Made by a program: the position numbers and the translations under genes. A stretch of DNA of 64,000 nucleotides from Candidatus Woesearchaeota archaeon (lineage in GTDB: Archaea > Nanobdellota > Nanobdellia > Woesearchaeales > JABGXB01), in assembly GCA_018675975.1 (NCBI GenBank), contig JABGXB010000003.1, forward strand, positions 128,181 through 192,180, given 5' to 3'. Below are positions 10,181 through 20,280 of the stretch, one piece after another. Numbering within the stretch: position 1 is the first letter of the stretch; each line of letters begins with the position of its first letter. The notes under the pieces were generated by a model. That model saw only the letters and a list, made by a program, of their open reading frames with translations, was not told the origin of the DNA and did no database searches.

Positions 10181-13078
10181 TTAATTTTTTTTCATTTCTT
10201 TTTTTAAATATTTACTAGTATAACCCACTCCACTTTTAGCAATAAATTCAGGAGTACCTTGAATAATAACTTCACCACCACGAGCTCCACCATCTGGACC
10301 CAAGTCAATAATATGATCACAATTTTTAATTACATCTAAATTATGTTCTATAATTACCATAGTATTATTTTTATCAACTAAACTATTTAATACTTCTAAT
10401 AATTTTTTAACATCATCAAAATGTAATCCAGTAGTTGGCTCATCAAGAATATATAATGTATGACCTAATTTCCGTTTTGCAAGTTCACGAGTTAATTTAA
10501 TACGTTGTGCCTCACCACCAGAAAGAGTTGTTGCACTTTGACCTAATTTAATATAATCTAAACCAACATCTGATAAAGTTTTTAATTTTCTATGAATATT
10601 TGGAACATTTTCAAAAAATGAAACTGATTCCTCTACAGACATATTTAATATATCAGCTATATTTTTATCTTTGTATTTTATCTCTAAAGTTTTTTCATTA
10701 TAACGCTTACCTTTACATTGATCACATTGCACATAAACATCTGGTAAAAAATTCATTTCAATTTTTATCATCCCATCACCTTCACAATTACTACAACGAC
10801 CACCTCTAACATTAAAAGAAAACCGACCGGGACCATAACCATTCATTTTAGAATCCTTAGTAGAAGAAAATAATAAACGAATATCATCAAAAACTTTAAT
10901 ATAAGTTGCAGGATTGCTACGAGGAGTTCTACCAATAGGACTTTGATCAATTATAATTAATTTATCCACGTCAGAATTATTAACAAATGATTTAAACCAT
11001 TTAGATTTTGGTTTTCGTCTAAGAAAACATTGTTTTATACCATCAATTAAAATATCACCCATTAAAGTAGATTTACCAGAACCACTAACTCCAGTAATAC
11101 AATTCATAACATGAGTTGGTATTTTAATATCAATATTTTTTAAATTAAATTTACATGCACCATTTATTTCAATAAATCCATCTGACTCTCTAATTGAATC
11201 TTTTTTATCAATATCCATTGAACCAGATAAATATTTACCAGTAAGAGAATTTTTAGATTTAATAATTTCACTAGGGCTACCAGCCACTATAATTTGACCA
11301 CCGTGAACACCAGCTCCAGGACCAATATCAATAACATAATCTGCATTTAATATTGTATCCGCATCATGCTCAACAACAATAATAGTATTTCCAATATCAC
11401 GCAATTGCAACATAGTACTAATTAATTTATTATTATCTTTTTGATGTAATCCAATTGACGGTTCATCTAAAATATACATACATCCCATTAAATGTGTACC
11501 AATTTGTGTAGCCAGACGAATACGTTGTGCTTCACCACCTGATAAAGTACCAGCATTTCTACTTAAATTTAAATAACCTAAACCAACATTAACTAAAAAA
11601 CCAATTCTAGATTTAATTTCTTTTTGTAATGGATTAAAAATTTCTTCATTTTTATTAAAATTTAATTCATCAAACCATTTTTGAAATTCTTCAATTGGCA
11701 TATCACATACATCCATTATATTTTTATTTGAAATTTTTTGAAATAAAACTTGAGATTTTAAACGCTTACCAGAACAAAATCCACAAGAAACATCTCTTAT
11801 ATATTTATTATATCTTTCTATTTTACGCTCGCCACTTTCATCACTTTGAATTTTTTCATTTAATCTTGGAATTAAACCATCCCATTTCTTAGTCCAATGA
11901 AAATCATGACCTTTAGCTTTGGTTGTATATTTAAATTTAATAACTTCTCCAGTTCCATATAATAATATATCTAAATTTTTAGAACTCATTTCCCTAATTG
12001 GAATTGATAAATCAATATCATAATGTTTTGCAACATTACTAATTAATGTAGCTAAATAATTATCTCCACCATTTTGTGTTTTAATAATTTCTATTCCACC
12101 ATGGGCAATAGATTTTTCATCATCATTAATAATTAAATCAGGATCAAATTCAACATTACTACCTAAACCATGACAATGTTCACAAGCACCATAAGGCGAA
12201 TTAAAAGAAAAATCTCTAGGCTCTAATTTTCTATAAGATTTATTTAATTTTGCACAATATAAATGAGTAGAAAAATTTAATTGAATTTTACCATCTTCTA
12301 ATTTAATTTTTTCTGCATTTGTTTTAACAGTAGTATCTTCAAAAATAATATATACAATACCATCACTCAATTTTAATGAAGACTCTACAGCTTCAAATAA
12401 TCTTGTATCTGAATTTAATTTTAATCTATCAATAATAATATCAATATTATGTTTTTTATATCTCTCTAATTCAGGAGTTTCATCAATATCATAAATAATA
12501 CCATTAACACGAACTTTTGTATAACCTTTTTTTTTATAAGTTTCAAATAATTTTTCATAAGTTCCTTTTTTTGCAATAATAATTGGAGATAAAATCATTG
12601 CTTTAAATCCATTTAATTTTTTTAATTCATTAAAAATCTGTTCTTTTGTTTGTGAAATTAATTTAATTCCAGTTTCAGGACAATATGGTGTACCTAATCT
12701 TGCAAATAATAATCTTAAATAATCATAAATTTCAGTAACAGTTCCAACAGTTGACCTAGGATTACGACTTGTTGTTTTTTGTTCAATTGAAATTGCAGGA
12801 GATAATCCATCAATTGAATCAACATCAGGTTTTTTTATCATACCTAAAAATTGTCTTGCATAACTTGATAATGACTCAATATATCTTCGCTGCCCTTCAG
12901 CAAAAATTGTATCAAAAGCTAAACTACTTTTACCAGAACCAGATAATCCAGTTATAACTATCATTTTATTTCTAGGTAATTCTAAATCAAAATTAGCTAA
13001 ATTATGTTCACGCGCACCTTTAATAATAATTTTATCTTTAAATCCTAATTTAGCAACTTCTTTATTTGTAATAGTCAT
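10181..13078 (-). CDS. uvrA: Excinuclease ABC subunit A
   Basis: GAREHNL, GLSGSGKSSLAFDT, two LSGGEAQRI signatures, GVSGSGKS. Start moved to MTITNK (13078), just below TTTATAAA at about 13100-13107. Confidence 0.97.
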   Translation of the reverse strand: MTITNKEVAKLGFKDKIIIKGAREHNLANFDLELPRNKMIVITGLSGSGKSSLAFDTIFAEGQRRYIESLSSYARQFLGMIKKPDVDSIDGLSPAISIEQKTTSRNPRSTVGTVTEIYDYLRLLFARLGTPYCPETGIKLISQTKEQIFNELKKLNGFKAMILSPIIIAKKGTYEKLFETYKKKGYTKVRVNGIIYDIDETPELERYKKHNIDIIIDRLKLNSDTRLFEAVESSLKLSDGIVYIIFEDTTVKTNAEKIKLEDGKIQLNFSTHLYCAKLNKSYRKLEPRDFSFNSPYGACEHCHGLGSNVEFDPDLIINDDEKSIAHGGIEIIKTQNGGDNYLATLISNVAKHYDIDLSIPIREMSSKNLDILLYGTGEVIKFKYTTKAKGHDFHWTKKWDGLIPRLNEKIQSDESGERKIERYNKYIRDVSCGFCSGKRLKSQVLFQKISNKNIMDVCDMPIEEFQKWFDELNFNKNEEIFNPLQKEIKSRIGFLVNVGLGYLNLSRNAGTLSGGEAQRIRLATQIGTHLMGCMYILDEPSIGLHQKDNNKLISTMLQLRDIGNTIIVVEHDADTILNADYVIDIGPGAGVHGGQIIVAGSPSEIIKSKNSLTGKYLSGSMDIDKKDSIRESDGFIEINGACKFNLKNIDIKIPTHVMNCITGVSGSGKSTLMGDILIDGIKQCFLRRKPKSKWFKSFVNNSDVDKLIIIDQSPIGRTPRSNPATYIKVFDDIRLLFSSTKDSKMNGYGPGRFSFNVRGGRCSNCEGDGMIKIEMNFLPDVYVQCDQCKGKRYNEKTLEIKYKDKNIADILNMSVEESVSFFENVPNIHRKLKTLSDVGLDYIKLGQSATTLSGGEAQRIKLTRELAKRKLGHTLYILDEPTTGLHFDDVKKLLEVLNSLVDKNNTMVIIEHNLDVIKNCDHIIDLGPDGGARGGEVIIQGTPEFIAKSGVGYTSKYLKKEMKKN

Positions 13079-13172
13079 ATAATCAAAACAAAAAAATCTA
13101 TTTATAAAATATTTGAAACATTTTGGAAACACTTAAAAGTGAAAAATGTGTAAAAACTAATGGTGATGAATT

Positions 13173-13319
13173 ATGTTATCTAAAGAAGTTATGGCCTGGG
13201 GGGCTATTATAGTTGGTATATTAATGGCATTAACAAAATTTATGTCATGGAATGAAAGTTTGCATTATTTATGGGCAGTTCTAGTATTGCTTTGGGGAGT
13301 TTTAAGACTTCAAGAGTAA
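13173..13319 (+). CDS. 48-aa two-helix membrane microprotein (not in the ORF track)
   Basis: GGTGA SD, then MLSKEVMAWGAIIVGILMALTKFMSWNESLHYLWAVLVLLWGVLRLQE*, then an oligo-T run. Confidence 0.75.
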   Translation: MLSKEVMAWGAIIVGILMALTKFMSWNESLHYLWAVLVLLWGVLRLQE

Positions 13320-13338
13320 TTGCAAATAAAACATATAA

Positions 13339-13356
13339 TTTTTTTTTTTTTTTTTT
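13339..13356 (+). terminator. Oligo-T archaeal terminator
   Basis: 18 consecutive T, 20 nt after the microprotein stop. Confidence 0.6.
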
Positions 13357-13406
13357 AATACAAAACAACATTAATATTATAAACAAATTAAAACAAAAAT
13401 ATTTTT

Positions 13407-13994
13407 ATGTTTACAGTTCTAGATATTGAGACTACAGGTTTTTCTCCAATTAATTCAAAAATAATTGAAGTTTATGCACATACTTTTGGAAAAAAAGAAA
13501 AAGAGTTTCATGAATTAGTAAATCCAAATAGACCAATTCCAAAGTCAATAACAAGATTAACTGGTATAAATAATAATATGGTTTATAATAAACCCACAAT
13601 TGAAACAATAATGCCAAAATTAAATAAATTTATTTCAAAATCTACATTAATAGTTGGACATAATATTTCATTTGATATGCGTTTTTTAAATTATTATAAT
13701 ATGAAAATTAATAATCAAATTTTTAATAATAATTCACTATGTACATTAAAATTAGTCAGACGTCTTTTATATAATAAACAAGTCACTAATCATAGGTTAA
13801 ATACAATTTGTGATTATTTTAATATAAATTCAAATAATTTTCATAGAGCAAAAGCAGATACACTTGCAACTAAGGAATTATTCTTAAAAATTAAAGGAAA
13901 ATTAGAAAATAATGGGTTTAATATAGATGATTTATCTAATCTTCAAAATACTCCATGTCAAAAAGCTTTCAAAATAATGCATAATTTGATATAA
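13407..13994 (+). CDS. DEDDh 3'-5' exonuclease (DnaQ/PolC-exo-like)
   Basis: DIETTG (ExoI), GHNISFD (ExoII), HRAKAD (ExoIII). Confidence 0.93.
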   Translation: MFTVLDIETTGFSPINSKIIEVYAHTFGKKEKEFHELVNPNRPIPKSITRLTGINNNMVYNKPTIETIMPKLNKFISKSTLIVGHNISFDMRFLNYYNMKINNQIFNNNSLCTLKLVRRLLYNKQVTNHRLNTICDYFNINSNNFHRAKADTLATKELFLKIKGKLENNGFNIDDLSNLQNTPCQKAFKIMHNLI

Positions 13995-14068
13995 TTGTCT
14001 CAAAATAATATAGTTTTCAGTATATATAATTTATAAACGAATCGAGTATCAGTTTAATTAAGTTTAAA

Positions 14069-15910
14069 ATGGCAAAATCAAAAAAAACAAATCCAGATAA
14101 TGTGGAGCAAGAAATAGTAGACGAAAAGAAAAAAGAAATTCTAGAAAAAGCAGGAATAGATGAAAATCAATTAAAAGAAATAGAAAAAAAAATTAAAGAA
14201 ATTGATTCAAAAATCAAACTATTTTCTGACAAAATCGTTAAAAAGTTTTCAAAATATATTTACTCTGTTGGATTATTACCGCCATTAAAAAAAGATCAAA
14301 CCGAATTAAATACAATTATAATTATTGATGATCGAGATTCAAAAAAATTATCAAAAGAAGATTTAAAAAATAAATTATTAGATTCATTTAATGAAATTTC
14401 TAAAGAAATCGATAAAAATATTGTTTGTAAAATTTATTTATTAACACAAATATATTCTACATGTGATGAAGGAAAATTTGAAATTTTAGATGAAATTAAA
14501 CATGCAAAAGTATTTCATGATACTGGAATAATGGATGCAATTAAAGTTAGTGCGGTTCATCGTGATTTAGCACTTAGTAAATTTGAAAGATATATAGTAA
14601 GTTATGTTTGTGCCGGAACTGTTTTTACTGGACAAGCAAATGAAAAAAGTGATATTGACGCCTTTGTAATTATTGATGATACTGATGTTAAAAATATAAG
14701 TAGATTTGAATTAAGAGATAAATTAACTAATATGATGTACCAAATGGTATATGAAGCACATGCACATACAGGTGTTAAAAGAAAACTTCATGTTCAAACA
14801 TATTTATTAACAGATTTTTGGGAATATTTAAGAGATGGGTCTAGCCCAGTAATTATGACTTTTTTAAGAGATGGTTTACCATTTTATGATAAAGGAATTT
14901 ACATACCTTGGAAACAATTATTAAAAATGGGAAGAATTAAACCTTCACCTGAATCTATAAAAATGCATAAAGAAACTGGTGGACATTTTGCAGCTCGTGC
15001 TAAGAAAAAATTAATTGAAGCATTTTGTGAAGATTGTTTTTATGCAACATTAAATCCATCACAAGGACTTTTAATGACACAAGGTTATCCAGCAACAACT
15101 CCAAAAGAAACAATTCGTTTAATGAGAAAAGTTTATGTTGAAGATTTAAAATTATTAGATAAAAAATGGATTGATATACTTGAAAAAGCAGTAGGTAATT
15201 GGAAAAAATATGAATATGGTGAAATGAAAGATGTTGCACCAAAAGAAGTTCAAGAAATGTTATCTAATGTATTCAAATTTGTAGAAGAAATTGAAAAAGT
15301 ATATGAAAAAGCAGAAATCAAAAGTCACGAAAAAATAATTAATGATTTATACAATCAAGTATTTTTAATTACAAAAGAAGCTTTTAATTTACACAATCTT
15401 AAAATTAATGAAAAAGAATTATTAAAATTATTTAAAAAACATTTAATTGATACTGATATATTAGAAAAAAAGTTTTATGAAATTTTAAAGGATATAGTTA
15501 CATTAAAACAAAATCCTAAAAAACTAAAAACAGAAAGTTTTACTATAGAAAAATTCAACAAAGATGTTAGATCTTATTTAAGTTGTTTAAATTCATATAT
15601 AAATAGAAATAAATTAGAAAATAGTAAAAAATCTAAAATAAATTTATTAGTTGAAGAAAAAGATTCCGAAATCATATTTTTCAAACAAAAAATATTCATA
15701 ATTGAAGATATTAAAGATAAAGAAAAAATAATTAAAGCTGATTTACAAAAAAATCAAAATTTAATTAATATTGAAAAATCAAATATTGATGAATTAAAAA
15801 AATATGAAAAAGAAGGAAATTATTCAGAAGTTTTAAATTTAAATGCAGAATTTTTTTCAAAATTAGAAGAAATTTTTGGAACTTCTAATATTAAAGTTAA
15901 GTTATATTAA
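14069..15910 (+). CDS. Tandem minimal nucleotidyltransferase domains fused to HEPN-like domain(s)
   Basis: Degenerate first MNT (SVGLLPP...IIIIDD); second MNT AGTVFTG..NEKSDIDAFVIIDD; HEPN-like DCFYATLNPSQGLLMTQGYPATTPKE. Confidence 0.75.
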   Translation: MAKSKKTNPDNVEQEIVDEKKKEILEKAGIDENQLKEIEKKIKEIDSKIKLFSDKIVKKFSKYIYSVGLLPPLKKDQTELNTIIIIDDRDSKKLSKEDLKNKLLDSFNEISKEIDKNIVCKIYLLTQIYSTCDEGKFEILDEIKHAKVFHDTGIMDAIKVSAVHRDLALSKFERYIVSYVCAGTVFTGQANEKSDIDAFVIIDDTDVKNISRFELRDKLTNMMYQMVYEAHAHTGVKRKLHVQTYLLTDFWEYLRDGSSPVIMTFLRDGLPFYDKGIYIPWKQLLKMGRIKPSPESIKMHKETGGHFAARAKKKLIEAFCEDCFYATLNPSQGLLMTQGYPATTPKETIRLMRKVYVEDLKLLDKKWIDILEKAVGNWKKYEYGEMKDVAPKEVQEMLSNVFKFVEEIEKVYEKAEIKSHEKIINDLYNQVFLITKEAFNLHNLKINEKELLKLFKKHLIDTDILEKKFYEILKDIVTLKQNPKKLKTESFTIEKFNKDVRSYLSCLNSYINRNKLENSKKSKINLLVEEKDSEIIFFKQKIFIIEDIKDKEKIIKADLQKNQNLINIEKSNIDELKKYEKEGNYSEVLNLNAEFFSKLEEIFGTSNIKVKLY

Positions 15911-16007
15911 TTTTTTTTTTATTTTAATAAATTTCTAATGTATTTAATTTAAAATAAATATAATAAAACTTATAAATCTGATAAAGCAATTTAAACTTAT
16001 AAAAAAA

Positions 16008-16078
16008 GGGGTAGTTAGAAGTTAATCTTTTAATTTGCATTAGAATTGAGGCACTAATGTGTAACCCAGAGGGTAGTT
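16008..16078 (+). promoter_or_regulatory. Putative structured 5' leader of the surface-protein operon
   Basis: Hairpins 16014-16034 and 16036-16061 closed by GGGT/ACCC; TATA-like CTTATAAA at 15969-15976. Confidence 0.5.
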
Positions 16079-16082
16079 TAAA

Positions 16083-19000
16083 ATGAAAAAAAAGGGTTTG
16101 ATATTATTATTTATACTAATATTTATACTAAGCTTAAGTTCTATTAATGCAATTAATACAAGCGGAGTATATTTAGATGACAATTATGCTATTTCTGATG
16201 AAGATTGGAGATATGGATTTATTAACACACTTGTAAATATTACGAGAGGAAATGATACAGGTGGTGTTAATATCGGTGCGTATCAAGTAAATATTACCAA
16301 TTCAAGTGATACAGTATTATGGTCATATTTATTTGATAATATGTCTATAGTTTCAGATAATTTTACAATAAATGCAACTTTTTTAGCTATTGATAATATA
16401 GAAGAAAATTATACAGTATCATTATACTTATATAATTCAACTGGAAATATTCTTTTTGAAAATTATTCACAATCCGATACTGTTTTTGTTAATATTACTG
16501 GTATAGATCTTGACTCAATAGATGACTTTAATGATGCCGAAGGTAATTTAAGTTTTTTAATTAATTTTACAAGAGCTACTAATCAAACGAATATCGATTA
16601 TTATGAAGTTGAAATATTCAACTCTTCAAATGACGAACTTTCAATATTGACTTTTACAAATACTTCAAAAGCATATCATGAATATAATTTTCTAGGATTA
16701 TTAGGAACAACTGCTGAGAATTTTACTGCTAATGTATTTGCTGTACATAATGCAACTCATACAGACCCAGTTGGAGATTCTGAAAATTTTGTTGATGAAT
16801 CTGGTTCTCAAATAAATACAACAGGTATGGCAATTGATAATTCATTTGCTGATACTGATGCCTCAGAAGGTTCTGTAAGTGGATTTATTAATTTTACAAG
16901 AGCAATGAATGAATCAAACATATTATATTATGAAATTGAAATTGAAAACTCATCATTAGACCTAGTATGGGAAACAAATTTTACTAATTTATCAATAAAT
17001 TCAGATAATTTTTCAGCTACAGCAAATTTTGAAGCAACTACTGGAAACGGTAATTATACTATTTATATATCAGCATATGACGCTGAAACTGGAATTGTTG
17101 GAGATAATTTAACCTTTGAAGATTATATAAATATTACATATAATACAAGTGGAATGTCATTAGATGTATTTAGTGATGATAATCAAAACAATAATCAAAT
17201 ATATGGATTAATTAATTTTTCAAGAGCAACAAATGAAAGTAATATTAATTTTTATACTTTAGAAATCGAAACACAAAATCAAGTAGTTTGGAATTATACA
17301 TTTGATAATGATACAATTGTTTCAGATAATTTTTCAGTTAATGTTAATTTTTCAAATGATAATTCAGGTGCTAATTACACATTAAATCTTAAAGTAAGTA
17401 GTGATATAGCTGAAACTACATTTGCAACACAACAATTTACTGATTATTCAGAGAGTTGTGGAGAATTTAATGGTAATGAAACTGCATGTTTTAATAGAGA
17501 ATTTTGTGAATGGTCATATCATGAAAATACATGTTTAGATAGTGGATCTTCAAGTAATTTAGACTGTGGAATTAAAACTAATGAAACTGCATGTCATGAA
17601 TCAGGATTTTGTGAATGGGATTCAGGAGTTCAACAATGTTTCAACTTTTTTCACCAAAGTGGAGTACAATGTTGGGCTGAATTTTATGATCCAAATCAAG
17701 ATCAATTTGAAGTTGACAAAAATACAAGTGTTTACATTGTAGTTCCAATACCTGATGAAACTAGTAATTGTGTTAATTTTGATTTAGCATCTAGACAACC
17801 ATATTTAGATTTATGGGGTATGTGGGATGATGATTTTGAAGACGATGATTGTGAATCAGTTGGTCCTGATGGCTTCTGTCAAAAAGAACCAAAATTTACA
17901 TGTAGTGCATATGAACAAGGTGAATTAAATGCAGACAATAGTTCATGGATTTTTAATGTAAGTGGATTAGCACCAGATAATTATGAACTTTCAGTTCAAG
18001 TTCCATTTGGTTGTGAAGAAGCATTTGGTTCAATTGGTTTAATACAAGAATTAGATGGAGATGAAGTATTAAATTTAACATTTGGTGGTGTAACTAGTGC
18101 AACGGGATTAGTAGTTGAAGAAGATGGTAATCCTATGGCATATCCAAATATCGATGCATATTCAAAAGAAGGCGGTTCAGGTTATGCTTGGGCAGATGGT
18201 GGTGCTGATGGTAACTTTACTTTATATGGATTAGGAGTAGGAAATTATACTTTATCTATTTCAGATCAAAATTGGTCAAGATGGTATGAAACACAAATTG
18301 AAATATTAAATGATAGTGTAGATTTAGGTAATATTACTTTTGGTGCAGGTGCAGGAGTTAATGGATATGTTAAATTAAGTAATAATCCTCAACAATATGT
18401 ATGGGTATCATTAAGATCAAAAGCAGAAGGTATTAACTTCAATGATCCTAATTATTGGCATAGTGTAAAATTTTATGGTGGTAGTACAGATAGTAATGGT
18501 TATTATAGTATTTCTGGTGTAGAAGCTGGAGAATATTTAATTGAAGTTTGGCCAAGCTATGGTAGTGATGCAACACCTTTTGAAGGTACAGTTACAGTTG
18601 ATAGTGAAAATAAAACAGAATATAATATTTCATTATCCGCAGGAAATTTAATTTATGGAAGAGTTATAAATGACACTGGACATGGTGTCGAAGGAATGAG
18701 TGTTAATACTTTTGTTGAAATGGATTGGGATAAAATGAATTATGAAGATTGTCAATATTGTGGACCTGGTTATTGGGGTTGGGAAATGACAAATTCAACA
18801 GGACATTATAGAATAAGTGGGCTTAAACCTGCCGAATTTGTTGTTGAAGTTATGCCTAATACATGGTTTGATGAATCTTTAAAATCATATAAAACAGATA
18901 GAAGAAAAGTAGAATTAGAAAGTGGAGAAGTTGAAGCTAACTTCACATTAGAAACTGGAATTGCATTATCTGGATTTATATTCAATTCAAGTAATGATCC

Positions 19001-20270
19001 AATAACATGTGGATGGATTAATGCTTGGGTTCAAGAAGACGATGGTAATGAACATTCAAGACCTACAGATTGGGCTTGGTCAAATATAAATAATGATGGT
19101 TCATATTCCTTAAACGGAGTTAAAACATCAACAGAATATGAAATTTATATTGAACCTTGTTATCAATTAAATTTAGGTGGAAAAAATGATAGATTTACTA
19201 TAAGTGAAAATACTGAAATTAATTATACTTTAACACAAGGTGGAAGTATTAAAGGATTAGTAGTTAATAGTGACAATGAACCAGTTTCAGGTGCAACAGT
19301 ACAAACATGGTTACCTCACGGAGGTGGATGGGGACATTCAAGAACTGAACAAGATGGAACTTTTAAAATAAAAGGATTATCTTCATCAACATCATCTGAA
19401 AAATATGAATTAGAAGTATTTAGTAATGATTATTCATTTTTCAGAATTACAGATATTGAAGTTAATGATGGTCAAGAAACGGACATAGGAACAATTAAAC
19501 TAGGTGGTGGAAGCACTTTAAGTGGAGTTGTTAAATATGCAAATGATACTGTAATTGAAAATGCATTCGTAAATGTTTGGTGTGAAAGTAGTTTTGGACA
19601 TGGTTATGATGAAACTAATTCAACAGGTCATTATGAAATTGAAGGATTACCAAATTGTGAATATAAATTATTTATGGATGTACCATCAACATATGAGCAC
19701 TTCTTTAATGACTCAGTAACTATAGCAGATGATTTAGAATATAATATTACATTACAATCATTTGATTTAGTTAATATTAATGGAAAAATAAAAAGTACAG
19801 ATGGAACTAATTTATCTAATGCATTTATTTCAGTATTCAACCCAACATTACATTCAGGAGGATATAATGAAACAGATGAAAATGGAACGTATTATATTAG
19901 TAATATTCCAGAAGGTGAAGGGTATGAATTTTCAATAATGAGATTTGACTATGAAGGAAATTATTCAGATAATGAAACAATAAATTCAACTAATTTAGAA
20001 TTTAATTTTTCATTAGCTCCTATTAATTTATCTGCAGTATTTAATATTACTGGAGAAATATTTAATAGCGCAAATAATGTTACCATAGTTGCAATAAATG
20101 ATATTGATAGTTTAATTACAAAACATTCATCAAGTAATTCAACATACAAAATTAGCGATTTACCACATGGAAATTATAAAGTATATGCGGTAAAAGGTGA
20201 AACTGAAATCGAATATCCAACATTAGTAAATCAAGGTGCATCAAGTGGTGTAGACTTTGATTTCGAGTGA
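16083..20270 (+). CDS. Large secreted glycoprotein with N-terminal repeats, Cys-rich repeats and carboxypeptidase-regulatory-like beta-sandwich repeats
   Basis: Signal peptide; four ~105-aa repeats (NTSG..D...D.D...G.INF(T/S)RA.N..NI..Y..EI); C..NETAC....CEW twice; repeated G.V.......V...W....T.STG.Y.I.GL; many NxS/T sequons; no C-terminal TM. Confidence 0.8.
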   Translation: MKKKGLILLFILIFILSLSSINAINTSGVYLDDNYAISDEDWRYGFINTLVNITRGNDTGGVNIGAYQVNITNSSDTVLWSYLFDNMSIVSDNFTINATFLAIDNIEENYTVSLYLYNSTGNILFENYSQSDTVFVNITGIDLDSIDDFNDAEGNLSFLINFTRATNQTNIDYYEVEIFNSSNDELSILTFTNTSKAYHEYNFLGLLGTTAENFTANVFAVHNATHTDPVGDSENFVDESGSQINTTGMAIDNSFADTDASEGSVSGFINFTRAMNESNILYYEIEIENSSLDLVWETNFTNLSINSDNFSATANFEATTGNGNYTIYISAYDAETGIVGDNLTFEDYINITYNTSGMSLDVFSDDNQNNNQIYGLINFSRATNESNINFYTLEIETQNQVVWNYTFDNDTIVSDNFSVNVNFSNDNSGANYTLNLKVSSDIAETTFATQQFTDYSESCGEFNGNETACFNREFCEWSYHENTCLDSGSSSNLDCGIKTNETACHESGFCEWDSGVQQCFNFFHQSGVQCWAEFYDPNQDQFEVDKNTSVYIVVPIPDETSNCVNFDLASRQPYLDLWGMWDDDFEDDDCESVGPDGFCQKEPKFTCSAYEQGELNADNSSWIFNVSGLAPDNYELSVQVPFGCEEAFGSIGLIQELDGDEVLNLTFGGVTSATGLVVEEDGNPMAYPNIDAYSKEGGSGYAWADGGADGNFTLYGLGVGNYTLSISDQNWSRWYETQIEILNDSVDLGNITFGAGAGVNGYVKLSNNPQQYVWVSLRSKAEGINFNDPNYWHSVKFYGGSTDSNGYYSISGVEAGEYLIEVWPSYGSDATPFEGTVTVDSENKTEYNISLSAGNLIYGRVINDTGHGVEGMSVNTFVEMDWDKMNYEDCQYCGPGYWGWEMTNSTGHYRISGLKPAEFVVEVMPNTWFDESLKSYKTDRRKVELESGEVEANFTLETGIALSGFIFNSSNDPITCGWINAWVQEDDGNEHSRPTDWAWSNINNDGSYSLNGVKTSTEYEIYIEPCYQLNLGGKNDRFTISENTEINYTLTQGGSIKGLVVNSDNEPVSGATVQTWLPHGGGWGHSRTEQDGTFKIKGLSSSTSSEKYELEVFSNDYSFFRITDIEVNDGQETDIGTIKLGGGSTLSGVVKYANDTVIENAFVNVWCESSFGHGYDETNSTGHYEIEGLPNCEYKLFMDVPSTYEHFFNDSVTIADDLEYNITLQSFDLVNINGKIKSTDGTNLSNAFISVFNPTLHSGGYNETDENGTYYISNIPEGEGYEFSIMRFDYEGNYSDNETINSTNLEFNFSLAPINLSAVFNITGEIFNSANNVTIVAINDIDSLITKHSSSNSTYKISDLPHGNYKVYAVKGETEIEYPTLVNQGASSGVDFDFE

Positions 20271-20280
20271 GGTGAAATAA

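Noticed and set aside
12250..12690. UvrA inactivated by loss of Zn ligands (CPET, CAKL)
   Set aside because: This first Zn module is variable among UvrA proteins; the ATPase motifs and other Cys clusters are intact.
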